From Amphiscolops sp. MND2022 (lineage: Eukaryota), in contig OZ076409.1 of the NCBI GenBank assembly GCA_964187785.1, positions 89,714,001-89,778,000 on the forward strand: a stretch of DNA of 64,000 nucleotides, in the 5' to 3' direction. Made by a program: the position numbers and the translations under genes. Below, piece after piece: positions 49,621 to 62,218 of the stretch. The notes beneath the pieces are model-generated. The model saw nothing but the letters and a program-made list of their open reading frames with translations, had not been told where the DNA came from and searched no databases. Position 1 is the stretch's first letter; every line of letters begins with the position of its first letter.

Positions 49621-50159
49621 TGTCTTGATCAGCAATGTGTTGCGATAGTAATGAATTTGTCGTGTTCCACTTCTGATGTGATCGCACTAGATTAATGACA
49701 ACAAAAACGCTTTCGATTCAATAAACCAAAAAAGCATGCAGGCGAAGATTTTTGAAACACACCTCGAAGATTGTAAGTACTCACACTCAGCGTACACTCA
49801 GCCAAGTTTTCGTTTTTTTACGGCGATTCAGTAACCCAGCACTGTGAAGTGACCCAGCAAGGAATATCTGAGTCGCCAGCTTTGTTTCCATTCTGGATCT
49901 GGTTGACAGTTTGGAGTCGAAAATAAACTATTTTATCACAACGATAGAACTTTTAGTCATTTATGTAACTTTATGAATACAGAACCGTTTCATAATATCT
50001 CAAAAAAATCGTTGAAGCAGAGACAACACTGTAACTCCAAATTAAACCCAATAAATGCATTTTTTCCCTTTGTGGCATCACTGAAAAACGACTATAGACA
50101 ATTTTGGCATCCTTCCAAGAAACTCCGCTCAGGATCAAAACACCTACGAAAGTTAAACT

Positions 50160-51180
50160 TATCATTCTCGGTTCCCCGCTCGGTCCACAATTGCGGGCAG
50201 ACTCATTGGAAAAAAATTTATGAACTGGAAAAAGTTAGTGGAATTGATGAAAAACTGGAGAAACTGGAAAAATGAATTGAAAAACAAATAATTTTTTAAT
50301 GTTGGGAAACTGCTTCGGAAACTGCTTGTTGGACTTTTTGAGAACCAGAACATGTTTCAACTAACAAGCTCTATAAGGAAAAGTTTACAAAAAACCGTAC
50401 GCGACAAGCTTTCCAAAGAGTGTACCGTGAACTTCGACGATATTTCGAGTACCCTGTGCCATCTGCCCGCTGAAATGCGTGGTCTTGGGGTTTCATCTGC
50501 ATCATTATTAGCACTTTCCGCCTTTTCGGCCTCAGCTTTCGTTGCGCGTGAATTTCTCACGACAATTTTTTCGGAAACCTGCTGAGACGTTTCGTTCACA
50601 AACGCGCTTAAGAAGTTGCTGAGTTTAACAGACGAACAAGAAAGTCCTCACGATGAAACACAGCAAAATCGGACACAACTTGTCTACGTCAAGACTTGAT
50701 TTCTAGGAAAAATGACAAACGTTTGAATGTTGTTACCGCTCATCAAGGCAGGGTCGGGTCCCATTTGCTGAACGTTATCCCTTTCAGGAACCTATGCCTG
50801 AAATTTGATGATCAGAGTGTTCGGATTTCGATTGGGTTACATCTGGGTTGCGCTTACGTGCTACTGTGGTCAGAATTAAACGGGACGGTGTACACGGTCT
50901 ATCTCGCACCAAGACTGCTGGTCGCTTCTCACGTCATGCTGCTCTCAGTTCGTTCAAAAAGCAGACGTTGGGATCTCTCGACTTTCCTCCAATGCTCGAG
51001 CCGCGTGGACTGTACCGTACTGATGACAAACGCACAGACGATGTTACCATGATTCCTTGCTAAATGGGTAAACAAGTGGTGTGGGATGTCACGGTTGTGG
51101 ATGCTCGTGCATCCAGTTGCATGAATCAAGGGGAGCCACAGCAACAGATGCTGGAGGGCGTAAAATTGAGAAGTATCGCG
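50160..51180 (+). mobile_element. 3' relic of RLE-type (CRE/Hero-like) non-LTR retrotransposon
   Basis: LPAEMRGLGVSSASLLALSAF, HGLSRTKTAGRFSRH (decayed CCHC) and EPRGLYRTDDKRTDDVTMIP...WDVTVVD (decayed RPD/PD-D nuclease). Confidence 0.7.
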
Positions 51181-51224
51181 AATCAGTTGTATAAGAACCC
51201 AAGCTCGACATGATTGTGAGAAAA

Positions 51225-51305
51225 TAGTCATTACAGGGTTCGAACCTGCATCTCAAGACACATCTAGCTAGCAGTCAAGTGCCTTAACCACTAGACCAAA
51301 TGGCT
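51225..51305 (-). pseudogene. tRNA-Ser(GCT)-derived pseudogene or SINE head
   Basis: TGGTCTAGTGGTTAAGGC D-arm, CT-GCT-AG loop, long variable arm and GGTTCGAACC T-arm. The acceptor stem pairs 6/7 but the anticodon stem is broken. Confidence 0.7.
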
Positions 51306-51598
51306 TGTTTAATCTCAACAGTCATTCGACTTATCAGTAACAACGCAGTTGTTACAGTAGAATATGAAAACTTCTCAAAACCGGCGGATATGGAAGTACA
51401 GATTTCTTCAGGCGACAGCAGTGAATTTTCATCAAGCGTCTATGAGAACCTGTATATCATTGCAGCTTTTTCAAATTTGTTTCTACCAGACGACTGGGAG
51501 AGTGGCTGGTATGAGTAATTTATTGGTTGTTTTTTTGTTTTTCAATGGTCTACTTTGATAGTGGCTGGTATGGGGTTTCCTTTAGTTGCAGATCACGG

Positions 51599-51643
51599 GT
51601 TTGTTGTTGTTGTAGTTGTTGTTGTTGCAATTGTTGTTGTTGT
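51599..51643. repeat. (GTT)n microsatellite
   Basis: Imperfect gtt run. Confidence 0.9.
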
Positions 51644-51959
51644 GACTTTACAGTTGTTAAAAGAATTCTCCACGACAGTTTTATCAGAATAACCTAGTTG
51701 CGTTTCGGCAGTTTTGGCAGTCACAGTATATTGGGTAGGTGCACAATTGGTCTTCAAGATAGAGCTGGCAAAGTCATAATTCTATTTTTGAGGACCAAAG
51801 GTTCGAAAAATGCCACTTTCTCCGGAAGTTTGTTCGCAAGTCGGCATGTCTTGAAACAGAACTCAGCATGAGCATTCTCAGTATGGGCAGTTTTTTTTAT
51901 CAAACATCATTCTGCCCTTTTAGACATTGTTGTTGTAAAGTTCAAGTCTACCTCCGTGA

Positions 51960-54900
51960 AGCGCATTTCGTTAAATTATTTTAATAGGAATAACAGGTTC
52001 TTTAGTTGGAAGAACATAGGCACTGTTAGAAGATTGCATTATAAGAGAAGCTCTTTGTCAGTCGAATGATAGTCGCGGAATACTCATTTGAGGACTCTTT
52101 TTTGGAAATTTACCAGTAATTTTAAACTGGTTCTGGAACAACCGAAGCAGCAACAAGCCAATGACAAAAGTGGCAGAAACATAGATTTATTCCAGTTTAG
52201 CCTGATTCGCATTTGTGTAGCGGAGGTGTTCCTTTTGATAAAGAAGAAAACTATATTGGCTTTACGAAGTTCGCTTTCAATATGGGTTGACCATGACGAA
52301 TTACTAGTTACCAGCAATCCAAGATCTTTGGCAGATGTACGTCCCAGAAGAGGTGAATGACTCAAATGGAATTGTTCTTCCCTGGTGCCTCGGAGTATTA
52401 CTACAAAATAAGTGAGGTCCTCGACTGCAAAAACCATTTTGTTTTCACTCCCCATTTAATAAAGTTATCAAGGTCTGTTTGAATATCTTTTTTGTTGTTA
52501 ATCACTACTCTTTTCATGTCGTGAGCATGTAAGAAAAGTTCACTTTAGATTAAATAATCCTGTAGAACGTTGATAAATAAAAGAAACAGCAACTGACCAA
52601 TAACAGACCCTTACGGTACTCCACTTGTTATGAGATTTTGTTCAGCGCGTTCATTGCCACAACGGACAGTTTGGTATCGATTTGTTCAATAATCATTGAG
52701 AACCTCCAGTAGGCAACCACCAATTCCTAATGAGGAAACATTTTGACGTAAATGAAAATGAGGAACTTTGTCAGAACCTTTCGCCATGTCTGCATTTAAT
52801 ACACTAATGAAATTAGTTTTTGGGTGGTTATAGCTATTGTCAATTGTCTGTAAAAGAGAAAGCAAATATACTTTGACAGACGTGTTCTTGACACAGTCAT
52901 GTTGGGAAGAAGTTATTTGGTCTGAAAAACAGTCGTAAATAGACGAGCACAGACACGTTTCAAGGATTCTCCCGAATATATCAAGTTTTGCAACTGGTCG
53001 TTAATTTAACACATCTTTTTTGCTAGACTTTTTGTGACTAGGTGAAATTTCCACCCTTTGGTATTTTCCACACTTTGGTATATTTTCTAATTTTTGGTAT
53101 TCCTCGAGATAAGATTGAGTGCTTTGCTCAGAGGTGCCGCCAAGTTTTTGATGAACAAATGCGGAATACCATCAGGGCCTCTAGGTTTAGTCTTACCAAA
53201 CGTCGAGATACTTTCGATTATTACTAAGTGTTGTGTCAAAAATTGTTGTTTTGGGTCTTTGCAACAAATATTACTTAGTGACTCGTTTTTTGGCAAATAA
53301 ACAGATTGGAAATAATTATTAAAAAGATTTAACGTTTCTTTGACGCTGTTAGATTCTTGAACGTTTAAAACAACTGTTGAAGGAAGAGCGGACTCTTTAC
53401 TCATTCGTTTGAATTGTTTAAACATCAAATCAGTGTTTCAACTTCGGTAATTTACTCTGTGTTTCAAGTTCTTTCAACAGATGACGGATCTCCGCGGTGA
53501 ACCAACTTGGTAACGTTCGTCTGTGATTCGTTCGTCGAGCAACACAATCTTCAATAGTATCATTGAGATAAACATAAAATTCGTATACCATGTTATCTAT
53601 GTTCAAATAACAAGTCGGCGGCTCGAAGAGGGAACTTTCCATAGCCAATCATATTTCATCATTGAAACTGTATGCAGTTTTTGAAACAGTTTGGTTTATG
53701 TAGACGGGCATTTCGTTTTCTAGGGCAAAAGGTGTATGATTTGATATACTGTACATTTTTGCAACAATACGATTTTCTTTGCAAGGTATTGAGAGGTTTC
53801 TATGTAAGCAATATCAAGAGTGTTCTTCCAGCACGTTGGAATAGTCACTGCTTGCTGTAGACAGTGTTCATCAAAAAGACCCAGGACCTCACTCTCAAAA
53901 TCATCTTCACTTTGAAAAGTTTCCTGATTTGTCTGGGGGAAGGTTAAATCTCCACAAAAAAGTATGATTTTTCGGGAATCTCGTCGACAATGTTAACATC
54001 AAATCAAAATCACTTACGGTGTATTGGTACACGCTCTCTTTAGGAGGATTGTAAGATGTGCAGATATTCAGCTTATCGTTGTTGACAATATCTTCGGCTG
54101 CAACACAACACTGGGGTAAGTTGTGCTGAATTTTCTCCGAAAGGAAGACTTTTAGTTACAGCATACAGTGTCCACCATGAGTAGATGTGTTCTCTTCACA
54201 AGAGTGCCTATCAGCTCGATAAAGCTCATAATTTCCGAGAAAAACTTCTTCATCAGAGATACTTGAATGAAGCCCTGGTTTCGCAACACATGCAGCTAGA
54301 AAACCGCTGCCAATTACAGCAGCAGAGAATTCTCTTCGCCTGTCTTCGTTTATCGAGCTATTTGCCTCTAAGACTATCACGTTTATTGAACATAGTCACT
54401 TGGCGGTAGGAGTAATTTCAATTTTGCCATCATCTTGGAAAAGTTCAAAATTTCCTATCTTGAGCGTACTCCTAGCGACTCCAATTTGAATTACTTCTCG
54501 TCTCTTTTTCAAGCTTTCATTTTCTTTGAACGCTTCCTCTTTCGTTAACGCTTGTAATATGTATATGTTTCTGTTCATCAGTTCTGTTCATCTTTCGATT
54601 TATTTGGCAAACATTGTTCACTTTTCCAATTCAGTCAATACTTCAATCGTTTTTCTGGGCTTTGCTCTAGAGTTGTCAAATTTTCCAAGTCTTGTCACAC
54701 TAATTTTTGGACTTGTGACTCCCAGTGCATTGGAATCATGTTCCAGTATCTCATTTGTCAGTTGGATGTTCTTCTTGGCTGGTTTATTAAAATTTTCAGG
54801 GATACCCTGAATTCGCAGACTTTTGTTGGTGTCGTGATCAACTTTTTTGTGGTTTTGGTTTGGTATCTCGATTTTTGAGCCACAGGATACTTTGCTCTCA

Positions 54901-55128
54901 AAAAGCTTGGTGAGAGATTTTTCACATGAGTTCAATTTCATTTCCATCATCAAAGACATTTTTTGCTCAATTTTCGCAAATTTCGCTTCAAAATCTGGAA
55001 ATTGGTTGAAGACGTGAGACCCTTCTTGGCTGAAAAGGTCAGTACGATCTGATCGTGCCCTTCGCCGGAGGCAACGACTTACCAACCGGCAACACTCAAA
55101 CTCTTGCGAGGAATATCTTCGACCTTGA
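51960..55128 (-). mobile_element. Degraded CR1/L2-like LINE (ORF1, APE endonuclease, RT fragments)
   Basis: SLRIQGIPE...RLGKF...PRKTIEV (ORF1), YELYRADR...HGG (APE), GPDGIP (pre-RT) and RT C-terminal fragments. Confidence 0.8.
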
Positions 55129-58100
55129 TGTAGTATCCTCTGAAGTTGCACTCAGAATCTTCGTTATCCCGGTTTCTCCCCGGCTAAACATCCCTGACCA
55201 CGCCAAGGCATGAAATCGACAACTAGAAAGCAACAACAATCGCCGGTGGTTTTACAGAGGCATATCCCGAAGCATCTACAGCGTCGAAAAGCTTACTACC
55301 CGAGTCGACATCCACCTCGAGCCACCTTCTGCCCCCAGATCGACGAACGAGGTCACCCCCAAACATACGAGTGCCGTCGGGGTCATTGCACCTGCCGTGC
55401 TAAGCCATGTAAGCTGTCTTCAGGTAAGCGACTTCACTATTCTGCTACTACGGTACTTCCTTAAGTTCCTCGCTGCTGTTGTCTTTTTTCGAGTACCTCT
55501 TAGCAATTTTCTATGTGCTGTAATCCTTCTTCTGTCTCTCATGAAGTTCAACTTGCCCGACTTGCCATCAAACCCTTCTCCCGAGAAGTGAAAATGGTGG
55601 AAGAATTGCTTCGAGGACGGTTTACGTATCAAAGGCACAACCGAAGATGCTGACAAATTAGTTTTCCTTCGTACATTTGTCGACTCCGACTTTTTCACCC
55701 TCCTCAAAAGTTATGCAACGTTTGCAGACGCACTGAGAACGTTGGACAGGCAGTTTATGAAGCCACGAGAGTGCTCTTTGCCCCGTCATCAAAAGCTCAG
55801 TGCCTGTCAGAGAGACAACGAATCCATCGTACAGTTTTCGTTGGAAGGCTGAAACGACTTGTTGAAGAATGCGAATGCACCTATCTGACCGTCCCAGCAC
55901 ATGATGACTATCTAGTACAAGGACGCCTTAATATCAGGGCTCAGGTCTGACTACAATCGGGCATGATTGTTGGAACTGGACGACTCAAAGGCCGACATCG
56001 ATAGCTGCATATCGCTTGCATGTGCTATCAAACTATCCAGTGACTTTTCGAAGTGCTCAATCTTCAACTGTAGCTGCGGCCTAGCGGTTCTCTTAGACAG
56101 AAGTTCTCAACAACTGCTGCCAAATATTGTATGAAGGTCAGTGCGAGACGCAAGGTGACTGCCTTGGCAAATGGCGACTCCTTGGTTTCGTCAGATACCC
56201 CTCAAGCGAAATTTGAGGTAAACCAAAGGACCTACCAAGTTACCTTCACTGTCGCAAAACACATGGTTGCGGTGTTTATCTCGGGGTTGACGTTTTCCGA
56301 CAACATCACTTTGTCTAACTGGAGTTAAGTGGTGATCGACCAGAGACTGTTACATGCGCCGGGATCAATGAATTTGTCTTGAAACTGAAATCGCCTCTCC
56401 GACCATAGTTTCCAGTTCAGTCTATAGTGCAAAATCGATCACTACAAAATCGCGCCGCTACAAACCGCAAGACGTCGCTTTCATGGAGTCCGGGGTTACC
56501 CTCATGCTCACTGAGGGCAATATGGGAGTTTCAACGTCTCCGTGGCGGGCACAAGTCTTTGTCCTTAGGGACGGTCTCAAGCCACGGATGGTGACCATCT
56601 ATTCGCCGACAATAAATCGTTATACGTACATGGATGCGTTTCCCTCCCCAAATAAGCAAGATCTGCTTTATTAAACATCTGAAAACACTGTTTTTTCGAA
56701 AATCGATTTGAAGTCTGCGTATCATCAAACCCCACTCCATCGCAAGGACATGCCATTCACTGCGTTCGAAGTAAACGGCCGACTTTATGAGTTCGCCTGA
56801 CTTCCCTTTGGGGCACAAACTATGTAGCGGCGCTTCACCGAGAAATGACAGCCCTTGTGCGCCGCCACAAAATGGAGCGAACATACTCATTCCTTGATGA
56901 TGTGATCATCGGAGGCTGATCCTCCGAGGAAGAACACCAAGAAAACCTGAAGAACTTCCTAAATTGGCCGAGATGGAGGGTCTGACGCTGAACAAAGCTA
57001 AGTGCGTTTTTGGCTTTAAAACAGTGCAAATGCTTGGTCACATCGTGGGAGTTGGATCTAAACGCCCTGATCCGAGCCGAATCAAGACTCTAATGGTTTT
57101 CTTTAGCACCGAAATCTCGTCAGCAGTTGAAACGTCTTCTTGGATTCTTTGCGTACAACGCAAAGTGGGTTGCAGGTTACTCAAATATGGTTGCTCCTCT
57201 AGTCGGAGCACAGAAAAAATTGGTCTTTCCTCTCAATCAAGCATCTCGACTGGCTATCGCAACTCTCAAGAAGGAAGTGGCCTCCGCTGTACTCTGACTT
57301 CCCCCGGGCAAAAGAGCCCCTCGTTCTCCAAACCGACGCACCCGGAACCGGTATCGGAGCGACACTCAGTCAGGGCGAAAAATTTGTCGGCTTCTTGAGA
57401 GTTTTGAAAAATAGCGAAATGGAAACGAAATGGTTGTCGAACGGAACGCTATGGCTATTTTGGAAGGCTTTCTCGGACATGCTACGTACGTCTCGAGATT
57501 TAGTTCGCACCGGTTCCTTAGTTCGTGGATGAGTTTAGTAGGTTTCCGTTCGACTTCCCTCTCCAAAACATCACGTCTAGTAGCGTCATCGAGTGTCTTT
57601 CGACACTTTTTGTCAACTTCGGAACCCCCGGATTCATTCACTCCGACCGGGGCACACAGTTCGTGTCATCGGAATTCCAAAACTTCTGCCACCAAAATGG
57701 AGTTGCAACTCCAAAACTACGCCCTATTATCCTCAATGCATAGGCCAAAACGAACGCTAAAACGGAATTGTGCTGAAGGCCGTTCAGTGCCTGTTACACT
57801 CCGCAAATCGCCCATTCTCTGACTGGGAATGTGTCCTACCATCGGCGCTCTCATAGATCCGGACACTCATCAATACCGTCACCAAGGAGAGTCCGCATGA
57901 CCGCTTTTTTTGTTTCAAACGAGGTGAGCCGCTAATCCGTCCCTCCAGGAGCGCACTTTGGATCAAGGCAGACACTCCCGCTTACCTCCGGTAATCCGTA
58001 AGGGCAAAAGACCCAGTTCCACAGTTGTGCCAGTACAGACATCCGAAGTTATCTCCCCATACAATGCACGCGTCTCCTTTGGCGATGGGCGTGGTGAAAC

Positions 58101-58200
58101 GGTTTCAACCAGTGATCTCTTTCGATGACCACCGGATTAACAACGAAGGAACGATCTCGCGACCAGGCGATCAGTGCAGAGAGGAGGAGACAAACGTAGA
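55129..58200 (+). mobile_element. Degraded Ty3/Gypsy relic with candidate 5' LTR 55129-55452
   Basis: SPWRAQV, FSKIDLKSAYHQ, TAFEVNG-LPFG, FLDDVII (RT) and DEFSRFPF...IHSDRGTQFVS (IN) occur in RT-RH-IN order. The candidate LTR runs tgtagta...tactacg. Confidence 0.85.
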
Positions 58201-58387
58201 CGGTATGGAACCAGTCTGTAGAAAACAAGTTTGTAAAATCCAGTTTGTAGAAAAGTGAGGTCCAGTTTGTAGAATTTTTTCTACAAACTGGATTTTACAA
58301 ACTGGTCAGGTCCTGTTTGTAACATACCAGTTTGTAGAACTCTGAAATTGCAGTCAAACAATAAGACCATAAATGTGGGAATGTTTC

Positions 58388-59567
58388 AAAGTATAAAACG
58401 TGCCTCGGAAGTGTCCCCATTTCCTCTAGTGCCCCGCGGCCCCTTGGGGCCGCGTATGGTCCCATCTTGCAAAGTGAAGTTGAACTTCAATAGCAAAGAC
58501 CTAGCGGGAACGGAGATCGTATAGGGAGCTGGTCTTGGCGACGGTGAGGGCGAGCGTGCATACGCCGGGTATGCCCCAATTTTCAGTTTTTAGATCTTAT
58601 TCATTTAGGCGTTGGAGCTCCCAGGATCTTGTGTGACGGATGTATAGCTTTCAGAAATTTGATACCAGTTTGTAGAATTTTATGTTCATTTTTTAAAAAA
58701 AAATCCAGAGACGACCTAATTCACGTAGACTCCGACTTCGGAACCCAGTCTGAGCGGAGTGTACGCCTTTGATCTAATTGCTTGGGTCTAATGGAATTAG
58801 AGCTAACTGTTAGGTTCAACTTTCAGATCTAATTTTATCTAAAATAATTGAGTCTAACTCCTTTACGATCTGATATGTGTTCTGCAAGCGAAAAAATGAT
58901 GTGGGGCATATGCGATGTATGCACGCTCGCCCTCACTGTCGCAAAGACCAGCTCCCACTACGATTGCTTCGCGATCTCCGTTCCCGCTATGTCTTTGCTC
59001 CTGTTCGACCTCGCTTAGCAAGATGGGAATATAAGCAGCCCCAAGGGGCCGCGGGGCACAAGAGGAAATGGGGACATATCCGAGGCACGTTTTATACTTT
59101 ATATCACTTTTTAGTTTCAGAATTTTATGTTCATTTTTTTAAAAAAAAATCCAGAGACGACCTAATTCACGTAGACTCCGACTTCGGAACCCAGTCTGAG
59201 CGGAGTGTACGCCTTTGATCTAATTGCTTGGGTCTAATGGAATTAGAGCTAACTGTTAGGTTCAACTTTCAGATCTAATTTTATCTAAAATACTTGAGTC
59301 TAACTCCTTTACGATCTGATATGTGTTCTGCAGGCGAAAAAATGATGTGGGGCATATGCGATGTATGCACGCTCGCCCTCACTGTCGCAAAGACCAGCTC
59401 CCACTACGATTGCTTCGCGATCTCCGTTCCCGCTATGTCTTTGCTCCTGTTCGACCTCGCTTAGCAAGATGGGAATATAAGCAGCCCCAAGGGGCCGCGG
59501 GGCACAAGAGGAAATGGGGACATATCCGAGGCACGTTTTATACTTTATATCACTTTTTAGTTTCAGA
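58388..59567. mobile_element. Foldback-like element with ~200-bp diverged inverted arms; right part tandemly duplicated (~445 bp)
   Basis: 58388-58578 is inverted at 58902-59100 and again at ~59348-59546. A direct repeat unit starts at 58674 and 59119. Confidence 0.75.
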
Positions 59568-60931
59568 TCATAATTGACTTATTTTTTTTCTCAAATTAGA
59601 AGAGATATTTAGACTTGATTATTTAGATCAATTAATTTAGATCTCAGTTTTGCCCCCTCTCTTAGATCTATTTCATTAGACCTGATTCCACGTAGCCGTC
59701 TGAGCCACCTGAATCTGTGGAACCAGATAAGAAATCTCAAGCCAATCCGAACTCAATTGCTCCCACCTGGCGACGCTCGGCAAGAAACAGGAAACCACCT
59801 ACATACCTGGGCGATTTTGTGTTGGCGACGAACTAGAGACTTTCGAAGCGGGAAGGATTGTTATCAATGTAATATAAAAGGTAAATAATGATGTTGTGTT
59901 ATTTTTGTTAGCCTAACTTTTGTATATGTATGCTTCAGATGAATGCTTATCCAATGGAAACTTCCTGCAGGAGGTAGTGTTTTCCCTCACGACACTTAGC
60001 TGTTTTAGAAATAACGTTTGGTAGTAGTATGTGAATTACTTCCCTTTTACTATAAATAAAAGGCTATATGAAGAATATAATAACTCGCACTCAGTTCCGA
60101 CAATTCGGGCAGTTATACGATTAAACTGGTTATTCATGTATTGCATTGGACAATATTCCAACAAGTTCCTTCTCTAAAGTTCATTTTCCAATCAGTAATT
60201 GCGAGAAGATTGGGAAAATTTTACTAGATTATAAAATTGCAAATTACTTTTGCTCCCGCTAGCTCTCTGCTTCTGCTGGATCTCGCTTAGTAAGACTTTT
60301 GTTGGCGGACACGGGAATCGGTGAATGGGATGCCGTTCAGAAGTTTAACCTCAATGTATTTACATGGTTTTCGGGTTCTGTCCAAAATGAATCTAAAATG
60401 CCTTGGACCACACTACTCTGAATGTTCCGATGGGGTCCACCCTATTTAACGATTGCTATTGAGTTCGGTCAAATTTCACTATTTAGCCGATGATAAGATC
60501 AGAGGTTAGCAATCAATTGAATAGATTTCCGTTGACGGAAATCAATTGACGGAAACTAGTTGCGGAAGCCTAAATAACTGACGGAGTAATTGTTTCATCG
60601 CTGTCACTAACGGTAACAATTATAAGACGAGTATAAACCAATCAAATTCAAATACGTTTGAGAGTTAAGAACCCCACATATTAACTGACTTTAGGAAAAC
60701 ACTTGTTCCTGAAAACCTTGAACAACAGATCTTTATATTACATGTACATACAGCGATGAGGAATACTGGAGTGCGCAAACAATCGAAAAAAATCAAATTG
60801 GAATAATACGCTACGCGTCAACTTGATGTGTTGTGCGTTTTTTTGGGTGTAATTTTCAATTAACTGTAATTAATGCAATAATTGTTTTGTTCACAGCTAA
60901 TTGTTTGTTGAATAATTTTTTTGTTCCGTAG

Positions 60932-62218
60932 CAGGGGGTGGCAAAAACTAATTGACAATTATAATTGATTCTGAAAACACAAAAACCAATTAATTGATAA
61001 TTGGGCTCACGGCCATTCAATTATTGCCAATATTTGGCAATTATTGCAATTCAAGAACCTCCTGTTGCAGCAATCTCCTGGACAAAAAATTCCAGGATTG
61101 TATGTTAAATTTAATTCACGTCGGGTTCAATGCATATGTACGCCGCAAATCACTCAGTGGCATTCACTATATCGTTGACGACACACAAGTCCCAAAATCT
61201 CTTATTGAACCCCAGGAACAACTGTAGTTCGAGCTTATACGGAGTCAAATTCTGTCTTAATTCGTCAAACGCATAGCCAGCCGAACTAAAGAAGCGCTCC
61301 AATGTGTTTGACGTTGGCAGTAGAAACTTGCAGCTGATGTACTTCAACTTAGGGGCCTGTTTCTGTCTCTTCGCGAGCACTTGAGAAGCAAAATCGTCAA
61401 AATCTTCTTCATCTTCGATTTCTTTAATATCTTGAACATTAGTTTTTCTCAACTTCCGACACCCCAATTGCTCGCCAAAGTCGGCTTGTTGTCCAAAGTT
61501 ACTGCAATGAAATCATATTGTTATTCCGCGCTCTGTGAGGTTTCATCAAGAAGTGGTGAAAAAGCAAGTAGAGCGGTCTCATAATCTTTACTCGGGCAGG
61601 GGTAGCAGGCAACAGCTCCCAAAAAATGAGTGCTTCCAGTGGTCCAGCTATCGATCATAACAGCAAAACTTTCAGGCAACTCGCGGGCTATTCTTTTTTC
61701 AACTGTTGTAGCAGTCAGGTGGAGGTACTTTTCCAACGTGTTTCTTGAAACATTTCCAAGTTTGGAATATTTTCTGGTCAGTTCATCTTCGACAAACGAA
61801 AACGGTTTGAGGTTGATGCAAACCCATTCAAGCCATCCATAGAGATTCTCGGATTTCTTACAATGCATGAATTTCAATGTCATCTGACTTGTTTTTGCTT
61901 CCGGTTGGTTTTCATGCTGCACTCTGATGTGTGTCATTAGATTTGTCTAACCGATTCCTTGTTTCTTTTTTGAAAATTTTTCCACAACTGCACTTGCAAT
62001 TATCATTTTCAACAAGCTTCAAATATTTCAAAAAAAATAATTTTGCTTTAGTTCCGCTGCTAAAACTCATTTCCACCTGAAAATAAGCCTATTCAATTAT
62101 TGCAATAATTGGGGACACCCGAACCAAATAATTGGTAATTGGGGAGACAACCAAACAATTATTATTGCCAATTAAACTGGCAACTAATTGGAGACCAATT
62201 AAATATTGCCAGCCCCTC
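60932..62218 (-). mobile_element. Internally deleted hAT transposon
   Basis: TIR aggggg/ctggcaa. Imperfect 8-bp flanks ttccgtag/ttccgtga. BED-like CxC..HxxxxH, FAVMIDSWT catalytic Asp, and a PTSNTLERFFS dimerisation domain. The central part is missing. Confidence 0.85.
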
